A stretch of 64,000 nt of DNA, taken from NCBI GenBank assembly GCA_000993405.1, contig LBWB01000009.1, forward strand, positions 13,848 to 77,847. Direction: 5' to 3'. This DNA is from Candidatus Woesebacteria bacterium GW2011_GWB1_39_12. Its GTDB lineage: Bacteria; Patescibacteriota; Microgenomatia; UBA8517. Shown here in pieces: positions 30,680 through 39,891 of this stretch (position 1 is its first letter; each line of letters opens with the position of its first letter). Made by a program: the position numbers and the translations under genes. The notes beneath the pieces are model-generated. The model saw only the letters and a program-made list of their open reading frames with translations, did no database searches and was not told where the DNA came from.

Positions 30680-31171
30680 TTATCTTGCAACCGAGATGCT
30701 TTCACCACCTTCTGCTGAACAGGAAGCTACTGTGACAATTCCATTATTTACTCTTAATGTATATTCAGTGTGATCTGTTGTAACTCCTCCCGGATCAGAC
30801 GGTAAAGACGCAAGATATGCCTGATTGGTAACCAATTCTGTTTCAAGGTCAGCACAGTTACCTGTTGCAGCTACTCCACACCCTGCAACAGCATTACACC
30901 CTGTGGTAATTCCTGTATTAACGATCTCGCGCACTGTTCCATCATTAGTCAGTCCACAAGTTGCATAAGTGCCACCATTATCAACCAAACACTCATGTAC
31001 TGCGGTCAAATATTGATTTACATCGTTCCAGCGTCTGGCATTTCTAGTGTCCGCTAGTCTGGTTGCCGGATTAAGAGCGGCAAAGACCACCACCAATAAA
31101 ATTGAAAGAATAGCAACGACTAAAAGAATTTCTATTAAAGTAAAACCTCTTTTTATTTTGGGCAGAATCAT
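30680..31171 (-). CDS. pilA: Type IV pilin (major pilin PilA-like)
   Basis: Prepilin leader MILPKIKRG|FTLIEILLVVAIL; Cys-rich C-terminal region. Confidence 0.8.
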   Translation of the reverse strand: MILPKIKRGFTLIEILLVVAILSILLVVVFAALNPATRLADTRNARRWNDVNQYLTAVHECLVDNGGTYATCGLTNDGTVREIVNTGITTGCNAVAGCGVAATGNCADLETELVTNQAYLASLPSDPGGVTTDHTEYTLRVNNGIVTVASCSAEGGESISVAR

Positions 31172-31226
31172 TCTTTTCACCCCCAATCTGAACACTTCTA
31201 GTATAGACATAAATGAGAGCCTTATG

Positions 31227-32306
31227 TCAATCCCGTTTCTTCCCAACTATCACCACAACGTCATATTCTGAGTCTTCTGCTAAAGTTTCATCTGATTTAA
31301 CGACTTCATAATCAACAAGAGCCTCTTTTATCAACACAAGTACTTGATCATTTATACCCTCTTTCATTTTCACTTGTGTCTCAACATAATCACTTTTATC
31401 AGCATTGCCTGTATCAACCGTGCTAAAACCAATCGGATCGAGAAGCACTTTCACACTGCCCGCTTCTCCCACCACACCCGAACCGTTTTGAACTTGAACT
31501 TTATAGCCGGATACATCTACTTCCTCTTCCGGAGTGGGTTCGACTGTCGGCATCGGTGCCAAGGTTGGTGTCAACGTAACCTGCGGCGTTTCAACACTCT
31601 CTTCCGGCTTTTTGAAAAGAAACATTTTAGCCAAAACTATAAGTCCTATAACGAATAAAATAAGTAAAATTAATGTCGTAAAACTCATTCTGAAAGTAAG
31701 AACTCCTTTTTTTTCCGACTTAGTCTCTTCCTCCTTAGAAACTTCTTGAGTTTCACCTTCGGTTTCGGTCTCGGTAGCCTTCTTCCCATCTTTTAGGGTT
31801 ATGTTTAAAACTTCTTCATCACGCCCTGCAATATCTTCTTTCATTGCAAGGCCGATAATGGGATTGGCGTCGCGCGTTTTGGCCACAACCTCCGGCTCAA
31901 TTGCTTCAACCATAAGTCCTACATTTTCAATGGACGAGGATAAGGTTTTGTAAAAATCGCCAACAAGAGCAAAGACTAAAGCCGATCCTACGCCAACTTC
32001 TTTATAATCCCATTCACCGGCCTCCAAAGACTCCGGAATTTTTTCTTTCAACTGATCGGTAATATAATCCCTCTTGGCTTCGTGAGAAAGATTTTCATCA
32101 ACATCTAACCTGACTGCATACGAAAACTCGTCGGCAACCAAAATCCTAAATTTCTTGGTTTTAAATCTTTTGACAATTTCTGCAAAAGCCAAATCCAGAG
32201 TTTCCGACGTCCAGCCAAATTCGTAAGATTGAAGAATCTTTTCCTTTGCGCCCGGATTAATTTCGGCGGTAATAATTTTATCTTTGGCAATCGCAATTAT
32301 TATCAT
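31227..32306 (-). CDS. PilM/PilN-like pilus assembly protein with C-terminal LytR_C-like domain
   Basis: N-terminal degenerate PilM-like segment, central TM helix, Pro/Thr/Glu linker, C-terminal YKVQVQNGSGVVGEAGSVKVLLDPIGFSTVDTGNADKSDYVETQV (LytR_C pattern). Confidence 0.5.
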   Translation of the reverse strand: MIIIAIAKDKIITAEINPGAKEKILQSYEFGWTSETLDLAFAEIVKRFKTKKFRILVADEFSYAVRLDVDENLSHEAKRDYITDQLKEKIPESLEAGEWDYKEVGVGSALVFALVGDFYKTLSSSIENVGLMVEAIEPEVVAKTRDANPIIGLAMKEDIAGRDEEVLNITLKDGKKATETETEGETQEVSKEEETKSEKKGVLTFRMSFTTLILLILFVIGLIVLAKMFLFKKPEESVETPQVTLTPTLAPMPTVEPTPEEEVDVSGYKVQVQNGSGVVGEAGSVKVLLDPIGFSTVDTGNADKSDYVETQVKMKEGINDQVLVLIKEALVDYEVVKSDETLAEDSEYDVVVIVGKKRD

Positions 32307-32308
32307 AG

Positions 32309-32680
32309 TTATGGAGCCTCCTTCCAGCTTGTTATAGATACTGTTGACGTTCGAGAGGCCGTTACCCTTATCTTTTTAGTATACCCTTCATTTGCAGCCT
32401 CTACAGTAAAGTCCCAATTATCACCTACCTGCGAACTCGTAACCGTACATGTTTTACCGGCAATAGTTATTGAACCGGGAATAAAATTTTCTTCATTCAG
32501 TCTTAACAGTGCGTCTTCTACACACGCTTCGACCAAGTTTAACGTTTCTTCGTTTCGCATCGCGGCAAATGAAGACTGCAGATCGTTTATCGATAAGGCA
32601 GATACCGAAATTCCGATAAGAATTACAAGTGCCGTGACAACAATCAAGCTGGTTAGGGCGATATATCCTTTTTGGTTCAT
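32309..32680 (-). CDS. PilX-like minor pilin
   Basis: MNQKGYIALTSLIVVTALVILIGISVSAL resembles the PilX N-terminal domain. Confidence 0.55.
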   Translation of the reverse strand: MNQKGYIALTSLIVVTALVILIGISVSALSINDLQSSFAAMRNEETLNLVEACVEDALLRLNEENFIPGSITIAGKTCTVTSSQVGDNWDFTVEAANEGYTKKIRVTASRTSTVSITSWKEAP

Positions 32681-32689
32681 ACAATTATT

Positions 32690-32715
32690 GTCATCCTGAA
32701 TTTATTTCAGGATCT
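32690..32715. repeat. Palindromic element GTCATCCTGAAtttaTTTCAGGATCT immediately upstream of the PilX-like gene start (second copy at 62732)
   Basis: 8-bp perfect inverted repeat ATCCTGAA/TTCAGGAT; 24/26 nt identical to 62732-62757. Confidence 0.6.
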
Positions 32716-32768
32716 AAGATTTCGAAACTAGTTCGGAATGACTATTCCATAGTCCATTGTCCACTTTT

Positions 32769-33290
32769 TCACTGTGATCGTAATTCAACCGATGTTTCAT
32801 AAGTTTCACTTTTCTGAAACTCCTGTCTGTCACCTGTTGCTTCAATAGTTATCGAAAACCTGACGTTGGTTGAGCCGGCAGTAGAAAAGTCGGTAAAATT
32901 TAAGGCTGTAACAGTTACTTTGTTGCTTGTCAAAAAATACTGGTTACCCCCATATCCGATCCTCAGGCGTCCGCTCGAAACATCTCTATCTATAACAGTT
33001 GGATTTCGACCAGCATCGGTTGACGCCAAAGAAATTGATGATGCCGAGACAGAATTAACTCCCGAAGCATTTCTGATCTCATACATTATTATTTTTACGG
33101 CGAGTCTCATGTTTTGGTTAACTTCCTGATGCACCTGCGATCTGACTCTTCCGTAAACTATATCCGAAGTAAAATAAATTACTCCGGTCATAAACATCGT
33201 CACAATGGCGATATATAAAATAAGCTCAACCAAAGTAAAGCCTCTTGAGAATTTGGAATTTGGAACTTGGAATTTGGAATTATTCATCAT
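32769..33290 (-). CDS. Prepilin-type minor pilin (start ATG overlaps the upstream stop as ATGA)
   Basis: Leader MMNNSKFQVPNSKFSRG|FTLVELILYIAIV; ORF track extends to a TTG at 33302. Confidence 0.75.
   Translation of the reverse strand: MMNNSKFQVPNSKFSRGFTLVELILYIAIVTMFMTGVIYFTSDIVYGRVRSQVHQEVNQNMRLAVKIIMYEIRNASGVNSVSASSISLASTDAGRNPTVIDRDVSSGRLRIGYGGNQYFLTSNKVTVTALNFTDFSTAGSTNVRFSITIEATGDRQEFQKSETYETSVELRSQ
33248..33280. repeat. Heptanucleotide tandem repeat (GAATTTG)x4.7 inside the prepilin leader coding region
   Basis: gaatttg gaatttg gaacttg gaatttg gaatt; period 7 is not a multiple of 3. Confidence 0.8.
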
Positions 33291-35125
33291 GGATTTCTCC
33301 AATAACCAAAATAAAATGGACTGGTAGTGCTTTGGACTAGATTAGCTTCCAAAGTCGTTCCATCTGCATACGTCGGATTGGTCCAAGTAAATACACCGGC
33401 GCTGTCCATTTCGAGCCGTTTGGCAAATAAATCATTCACAGAGTTAGATACAAGAAACATCAATTTATCTTTATTTTTTGGATCTGTCTGGATGTCGTAC
33501 CATCTCGGAGTTCCAAACAACGGAGTTGGCGTAAACCAAGGAGTACTATCAGTTCCCTGCCTGACAAAGGTGCTGCCATTCCATACAAATCCATGAATTC
33601 TTTGTGATTGAGTACTACTATTATCAAAAACCACAATTCCACGGGTAGTAGCACCATTAATCAACCATCCGGTTGCTACAAAACTTGCACCAGCTACAGG
33701 AGTCAGGGCAGAAGTATCAAGATCATTTGTTCCCGTCCAAGCCGAACCAGACCAGCGTGCGGCTTGCAAATCGCTTCCTCCATCGCCAATTGATGCAAAT
33801 AGAATTTCGTCAGAGTTTGGATTTGATGAGATATCAAGTGACGTTGCATCATTTGCCATACTTGTAATTGCCGTTCTACTTGCATTCCACGTACATGAAG
33901 GGGGGGATCCACCGTCGCACTTGTTATACCACGCACCATTTGCCGTACCAGATCCTCCAGATCCCCAAACGACCATCAAATGCCCAGATAATGACTCAAA
34001 ATCAATATCGAAACTATCTCCATTTGGAATAGTGGGAGAAGAAGTACAATTTCCTCTACATTCAAGTGTAGTCTCCAGAGCAGACGTCCTTTGAGTCCAA
34101 GAAGAACCGCTCCAAATAGCTGCTTGCAGATCTCTATTCATATCAGCCCAGGCTGCAGCTATGACATCTGAACTAGCTCGGCTGTCTGCTGATAACTTTA
34201 CCCACGTCACCACTCCGTTTGTTCCCGGAGAGTCAAAAGCCGTCTGATCTACCCAATTGGCGCTCCCGCACCCTAAAGAACCAGATTTAGTTTGATAGTC
34301 AAGCTCGCCAGTACCAGCATCTGTAGAATAAAGCACTATCGCATCCCCCGACTGATATTCATAGGCTATATCAAATCTTCTGGTAGTACCGGTTCCCCCG
34401 ACTGTCACACTCCACTCATTCGTCCAGGTTGTTCCGTCAAAGCATAAAATCCGTAAAGTGCTAGAATCAACATAAGCAGCGATTGCTTCCTGTTTTGTCG
34501 GCGAAGTCTTGATAACAAAGTTTCTTCCAGGTGCACCAGCCACCGTATCGCTGTTTGCACTAAATGTATTACTGGCATTGCTATAAACGTTAAATCGCGG
34601 AATGGAACTTCCTGTTCGACCATACACCAAAAGTGCGTCTCCGGCTGAAGAAATTGCTTTTCTGAAATTAGTTAAATATGTCGCAAGAGTAATACTTCTT
34701 GCTCGGACGTCGGAAAAATCCCAGTCAACTGTGGCGTCAATTTTTTTAGCGTCAGGGTCAGGAGTCCCACCTGAGGCCACAATATTTCCGCCCACATCTC
34801 TTTGCACGTCAGAAATTACAATAGTTCTTAAAAACTTTCCAACATTATCTGGTCCTGCATCAAAACTCCAGACGTTTCCGGTCGTGTCTAAACCATATGT
34901 ACCCGCGGTTAAATTCCCCCACGACTGATTTTTAATCGACCTAACTCCTTCGATTCCCTCTTGGGCAATAAGTGTAGCCTGTGTTTCTTCCTCGGCTTGT
35001 CTATTAACCGAAAAGCTGTGTATTACAGTCGCAACTCCTGTCGCCGCTATGATTATAAACATAAAAACGGCGAGTATCACTTCGACTACTGAAAACCCTT
35101 TTTTAACAGTTTTTCTTTTAAACAT
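33287..35125 (-). CDS. Large pilin-like protein (prepilin N-terminus; putative pilus tip/adhesin), GC-rich
   Basis: MFKRKTVKKG|FSVVEVILAVFMFIIIAA; 612 aa Gly/Thr/Ser/Trp-rich; local GC ~55-58% versus ~40% surroundings. Confidence 0.65.
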   Translation of the reverse strand: MFKRKTVKKGFSVVEVILAVFMFIIIAATGVATVIHSFSVNRQAEEETQATLIAQEGIEGVRSIKNQSWGNLTAGTYGLDTTGNVWSFDAGPDNVGKFLRTIVISDVQRDVGGNIVASGGTPDPDAKKIDATVDWDFSDVRARSITLATYLTNFRKAISSAGDALLVYGRTGSSIPRFNVYSNASNTFSANSDTVAGAPGRNFVIKTSPTKQEAIAAYVDSSTLRILCFDGTTWTNEWSVTVGGTGTTRRFDIAYEYQSGDAIVLYSTDAGTGELDYQTKSGSLGCGSANWVDQTAFDSPGTNGVVTWVKLSADSRASSDVIAAAWADMNRDLQAAIWSGSSWTQRTSALETTLECRGNCTSSPTIPNGDSFDIDFESLSGHLMVVWGSGGSGTANGAWYNKCDGGSPPSCTWNASRTAITSMANDATSLDISSNPNSDEILFASIGDGGSDLQAARWSGSAWTGTNDLDTSALTPVAGASFVATGWLINGATTRGIVVFDNSSTQSQRIHGFVWNGSTFVRQGTDSTPWFTPTPLFGTPRWYDIQTDPKNKDKLMFLVSNSVNDLFAKRLEMDSAGVFTWTNPTYADGTTLEANLVQSTTSPFYFGYWRNP

Positions 35126-35134
35126 AGTCCACGA

Positions 35135-36028
35135 TTAATTTATATCCAATCCCCCTGCTGCATTTAAACCAACTGTAGTAGATCCCAAATCGTTACTTAT
35201 GGTGATATTTAAAACACTTGAAGGCTCTCCCCTCTGACCCGAAGTACCCGAAAAAGTTGTCTCGCTTAGTCCCGATACACTGACACCAGTCAAGTCGTAA
35301 TCTTCACTGTAAGTAGGACTTGCACACGAACCGCTGAATAAACGTAAATTAGCCCCGCTCATGCAAACTCCCCAAGTAGTGTTGCCTTTACCATCCATTG
35401 CATAGCTTTGGGCCTTACGAATTGCGCTTATTACTTTATCGCTTCCTACCTCCAAATTGTTTGTAATAAGAAGCCGCGTTAAAGAAGGGCCGGCTGAAGC
35501 AGCTAGAATGGCAACTATCGCGATTACCAAAAGAAGCTCGATTAGGGTAAAAGCCGCTGATAAACTCCGATGAGAACGCAGATTAACGCTTTTATTTATT
35601 AGTGTTTTTCTCTGTTCTCGAGAATACTTACTTCTTACAGTGTCATATACTCTACGAATAATATCCAATTTTTCCTCTCCAAAGTTAATCAAGAAGCCCA
35701 ACTTGTAAGGAGTACCTCTCAGATAGTTCCAAAATTGTTTCTTATCTGATGCTGTTATAAAGGGTTTAGATTTCAGCTCAATTATTATCCTTTCATTTAC
35801 GACAAAATCGGGGGTATATATTCCAACCGTGACATTCTTATATGCAACTGTGATTCTTTTCTGGGTTTCAACTTGTAACTTACGATCCTCTAATTCTTTT
35901 TTCAAAGCTCGTTCTACTATCTTTTCTTTATGAACACCAGCAAAGGCTTTCCATACTTCAAAACATGCTCCTCTTATAGAATATGATTCTTGTTCATATA
36001 AAAAATTATCGACTCTTTTTTTTGGCAT
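35135..36028 (-). CDS. Fusion protein: N-terminal GxxExxY (PD-(D/E)XK-like) domain + C-terminal prepilin-type pilin
   Basis: Residues 1-~140 match the GxxExxY family (LYEQESYSIRGACFEVWKAFAGVHKEKIVERAL...GFLINFGEEKLDIIRRV); residues ~155-297 are a pilin (SAAFTLIELLLVIAIVAILAA...). Confidence 0.55.
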   Translation of the reverse strand: MPKKRVDNFLYEQESYSIRGACFEVWKAFAGVHKEKIVERALKKELEDRKLQVETQKRITVAYKNVTVGIYTPDFVVNERIIIELKSKPFITASDKKQFWNYLRGTPYKLGFLINFGEEKLDIIRRVYDTVRSKYSREQRKTLINKSVNLRSHRSLSAAFTLIELLLVIAIVAILAASAGPSLTRLLITNNLEVGSDKVISAIRKAQSYAMDGKGNTTWGVCMSGANLRLFSGSCASPTYSEDYDLTGVSVSGLSETTFSGTSGQRGEPSSVLNITISNDLGSTTVGLNAAGGLDIN

Positions 36029-36099
36029 ATGGACATTTTCAGCGTTTCTCGGCGTTATTTATCTGCATTCAGCGTACTCATCAGCATTGATCAGCGTTA

Positions 36100-37173
36100 T
36101 TATCTGCGAATTGACCCAGTCAATTGGTAGATCGGTGAGATTATCGACAAAGCCACAAACCCCACAACTAACCCTATCACAATAAGGAGAGCCGGCTCTA
36201 AAATAGTGGATAGATTGCGACTTATGTCATCGACTTCGTCTTCAAAAAAATCTCCCAAATATAAGAGCGTTTCGTCGAGTTTTCCTGTTTTTTCACCAAC
36301 AGAAATCATTCTTCCTACAAGTGGTGGAAATTCTGAGTAACCTTTACGCATTGACTCCCCGATGTTTTTTCCCTTTGTTAAAGACTTTGAAAGAGTTAAA
36401 ACGTCACCTCTAAAACGCAGGTTTGAAAGAGTATTTGCCGTTACTTCAAGACTTTTTGTTATCGGAACTCCGCTTGTTATAAGGGTTCCAAGATTTCGGG
36501 TAAAACGTGCGAGTTGGCCGTATGCAATAAGTTTTCCCATTACCGGAGTTTTCAGTAGGGCGGCATGCCAGAGCGGTTTAACTTTAGGAAGCTGTGATAC
36601 TATTCGAAAGAGTACAACAAAAATGACGATTCCTACAGCAATTAGCGACCCATAATTTTTCATCATCTCCGCAAAAAAGATCAGAATTCTTGTGGTTAAA
36701 GGAAGTTCAATATCAAACGACTTAAAAAAATCAACAAGTTGTGGAAGTATATAAAACGAAATAAAACTTCCCATTATTACTGTTGCGAAAAGTACTATTG
36801 CCGGATAAGTCATCGCGCCTTGAACTTTCTTTCGGAGTGAATAGTCTTTACCAAGTTGTTTTGCCAAAAAATCAAGGTTCTCCCCCAAAGTACCCGAACT
36901 CTCCCCGACTTCAATAAGACTTACGTAAAACTGGTCAAACACTTTAGGGTGTTTTCTAAAAGAATCAGCCAAGTTTTTACCGTTTTTGACGTCTTCCAAA
37001 ACTTGAGCGAGAACTTTCCTGAAGTATGCATTTTTACTCTGATCAACCAAAGTCTCCAAGGCCTCGGTAATTGATATTCCGGCCTTCATCATTGTAGCCA
37101 GATGCTTGGTAAATAAAAGCCGCTCCTGAATGCCCACTCTTTTCAAAAATGTAACTTGGGTAGTAAATATCAT
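36100..37173 (-). CDS. pilC: Type IV pilus assembly platform protein PilC (GspF family)
   Basis: T2SSF domain repeats, 3 TM helices. Confidence 0.85.
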   Translation of the reverse strand: MIFTTQVTFLKRVGIQERLLFTKHLATMMKAGISITEALETLVDQSKNAYFRKVLAQVLEDVKNGKNLADSFRKHPKVFDQFYVSLIEVGESSGTLGENLDFLAKQLGKDYSLRKKVQGAMTYPAIVLFATVIMGSFISFYILPQLVDFFKSFDIELPLTTRILIFFAEMMKNYGSLIAVGIVIFVVLFRIVSQLPKVKPLWHAALLKTPVMGKLIAYGQLARFTRNLGTLITSGVPITKSLEVTANTLSNLRFRGDVLTLSKSLTKGKNIGESMRKGYSEFPPLVGRMISVGEKTGKLDETLLYLGDFFEDEVDDISRNLSTILEPALLIVIGLVVGFVALSIISPIYQLTGSIRR

Positions 37174-37242
37174 ATGTTTATACTCGACACGAATTTAAAT
37201 ATTCGCATAATTCGCATGAATTCGTATATTAGCATCGCTTAT

Positions 37243-38919
37243 TTATTCTTTCGTCACCCTAATTATCTCATCAATGGTTGTTATGCCTTGTTTTACCTTT
37301 CCGATGCCATCCTCCAACATGGTTGTCATTCCATTTTTAACTGCAATTTTTTTAATTTCAGATGACTCTTTTTTGGCAACAATTGCAGTCTTCATTTCGT
37401 CGTCGACTAAAAGTACCTCAAAAATTCCCACGCGACCAACGTAGCCTGTCCCGTGGCACAAATCACAACCCTTACCCTTATATACTCTCAGATTTTTTTC
37501 ATTTGGAAAATACTTTTGCATAATACTTTCCGAAATTTCGTTAATTAAAATGCCGCTAACTTCTTCTGAAACGCGACACTTAAGGCAAATTTTTCTTACC
37601 AAACGCTGGGCAATTACCACATTAACGGTCGTTGCAATAAGAAAAGGTTCAACCCCAAAATCAAGAAGTCTCGGGAAGGCTGTTGCAGCGTCGTTCGTGT
37701 GCAGGGTCGATAAAACCAAGTGTCCTGTCATAGCGGCGTTTATAGAAATGTCTGCGGTTTCTTCGTCACGAATCTCCCCGACCAGAATTATATCGGGGTC
37801 TTGCCTAACTATGGACTTCAAGCCTGCCGCAAAAGTTAAGTTCGTATTCGGATTTACCTGAATTTGATTAACCCCTTCCATGTCGTATTCAACAGGATCT
37901 TCTATTGTCATTATATTCACATTCCTTTTGTTCAAGAGTTTCAAAACCGCATAAAGGGTCGTGGTTTTACCGCTTCCGGTGGGCCCTGTTGACAAAATCA
38001 TCCCGTGAGGCTTGTTGTAAGCGCTTACGACCTTTTTCAGATCGCTTTCGGAAAAACCAAGATCCTGAAGTGAAAATTGGCGACTTCTCTCGGATAAAAG
38101 CCGCATGACAACTTTTTCACCGTTAGTCACTGGAACAATGGAGATCCTGATATCCAAGTTTTCCTCGGCGAGCTCGACACTTATCTTCCCGTCCTGGGCT
38201 GATTGATGTTCGTCTGTTCTTAAGCGGGCCATAACTTTTACCCTGGTCACTATCTGCGGATGTATCACGGAAGGCAAATTTATAATGTCGTGAAGCATTC
38301 CGTCTATTCTGAAACGTACGGTCGAACCGTCATCCGTTGGCTCAATATGAATATCAGATGAGCGGTTTTGGTAAGCATAGGTGATAATTGTATCTACGAT
38401 TTTAATAATTGAAGGTTCGGCAACCTTGGTACCCTTAGCCTCTTTGACACTTTCCGCAATAATTTCATCAAAGACTTTTGCAATATCTTTTGCATAAAGA
38501 TTGAGGGCATCCTTTATACTTCTTTTGGATGCATAATAGGTTTTTACCGGAATCCCGATCTTCTTGCCTATAAAATCCGGCACTTGTTTGTCAGATGGGT
38601 CATTTAAAACAATGTGCAGTCCTTCCTTATCTCTCTTAAATGCAACGACCATCTGCTTTTTTGCATAAACCTCCGGAATTGTATTTAATACACCCTCATC
38701 TATTGCCGTTTCGGAAAGATTAACAAAAGGATAATTAATAAGATCCGCAATAATCTTGCCGATATTAGTGTCTGAAATTAAATCCTTTTGGACAAGTAAT
38801 TCTTCTAAAGAGATTTTTTTAAGACTCGCTTCCTCAAAGGATTCCTTTAATTTGTCCAAGGGAATGACGTCCAATTCTTTTAAAGTATCAAAAAGTTCCT
38901 GCTCGCTAAAAAGCCTCAT
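37243..38919 (-). CDS. pilB: Type IV pilus assembly ATPase PilB (GspE family)
   Basis: Walker A GPTGSGKTTT, Asp/His boxes, C-terminal CxxC...CxxC zinc site. Confidence 0.9.
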   Translation of the reverse strand: MRLFSEQELFDTLKELDVIPLDKLKESFEEASLKKISLEELLVQKDLISDTNIGKIIADLINYPFVNLSETAIDEGVLNTIPEVYAKKQMVVAFKRDKEGLHIVLNDPSDKQVPDFIGKKIGIPVKTYYASKRSIKDALNLYAKDIAKVFDEIIAESVKEAKGTKVAEPSIIKIVDTIITYAYQNRSSDIHIEPTDDGSTVRFRIDGMLHDIINLPSVIHPQIVTRVKVMARLRTDEHQSAQDGKISVELAEENLDIRISIVPVTNGEKVVMRLLSERSRQFSLQDLGFSESDLKKVVSAYNKPHGMILSTGPTGSGKTTTLYAVLKLLNKRNVNIMTIEDPVEYDMEGVNQIQVNPNTNLTFAAGLKSIVRQDPDIILVGEIRDEETADISINAAMTGHLVLSTLHTNDAATAFPRLLDFGVEPFLIATTVNVVIAQRLVRKICLKCRVSEEVSGILINEISESIMQKYFPNEKNLRVYKGKGCDLCHGTGYVGRVGIFEVLLVDDEMKTAIVAKKESSEIKKIAVKNGMTTMLEDGIGKVKQGITTIDEIIRVTKE

Positions 38920-38978
38920 ACTTCCATATTACCAAGCCCGAAGAGGTTTGACTAGAGACCCGAAGGAGGAAGTGGGTT

Positions 38979-39851
38979 GTGATGGAATTGTGGGTCATAG
39001 AAAATGGACATATAAAGTGTTATATTTCGGTTGTGCCAAAAGAATATCCAATACTTGACTACATCGACGACCCAAACATTTGGAAATACTGGTTAATGGA
39101 AGGAATTCCCAAACCTCACGTTGCAGCAGCCCTTTTAACTAATTGGCTCTCGCAATTTGAAACCGGCACACCTGAACATAACACAGGCTTTTGGACCCAA
39201 AGAGCTGCGATGTTTTATACTTCTGTTAGATGGATTAACTACAATATACGAGGAGAATGGGGTGAGAGAGCGGAAATTGTTAACTGGAATGATTTTCTCT
39301 CAAAGATTTCAGCAATTCCAAAAGATACTGGATTCATATTTTTTCCCGGAAAATTTAGAACACTTCCGACACTCAACCAAGTAGAAACCGTCTATTTTGG
39401 TCTGGAAAACTTAAAAACTAAGAAAATTGTTAGTGCTTTAATTTATGAACCTCGTGAGAACGTATCAACAATTGAAGGTGAGAAAATTGTACTTGATGAC
39501 CAAATAAGGAAATGGGCTTATTCACAATTACCCGTTAACGCAGTTACCAGTTTTCCCATTATTAAAGAAGGAGAAAACGTTACTCAGTTTTACACCGATA
39601 GATACAAAGAAATACGAAATGCTAAAAGAGGTTATGTTGGGGTTGCGGTGGGAGCTAGCATTCACAGAAATGAGATAATTAGACTAAGTCAACAATACGA
39701 CATAGAGGTTGTGGATACATCAATAGGAGTAGACGATAGTTTTAAACCTATCTCTTCACTTGATACAACCGACTTCGACAATCTTTCATCTAAATCAGAC
39801 TTAGCCAATGAGCTAATACTCAAATATCTGCAACATATGGGACAGATTTAG
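38979..39851 (+). CDS. Hypothetical protein
   Basis: 290 aa ORF, no recognisable domain. Confidence 0.45.
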   Translation: MMELWVIENGHIKCYISVVPKEYPILDYIDDPNIWKYWLMEGIPKPHVAAALLTNWLSQFETGTPEHNTGFWTQRAAMFYTSVRWINYNIRGEWGERAEIVNWNDFLSKISAIPKDTGFIFFPGKFRTLPTLNQVETVYFGLENLKTKKIVSALIYEPRENVSTIEGEKIVLDDQIRKWAYSQLPVNAVTSFPIIKEGENVTQFYTDRYKEIRNAKRGYVGVAVGASIHRNEIIRLSQQYDIEVVDTSIGVDDSFKPISSLDTTDFDNLSSKSDLANELILKYLQHMGQI

Positions 39852-39875
39852 CTCATCTATAAGTAGATTGGCCAC

Positions 39876-39891
39876 GAAGGAAATGGGTTCT
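39876..39891. repeat. Family-Y element GAAGGAAATGGGTTCT at the 3' end of the methyltransferase gene
   Basis: One of five copies of GGAGGAAATGGGTTC (39876, 40657, 42404, 42736, 43325; loose copy 20502). Confidence 0.6.
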
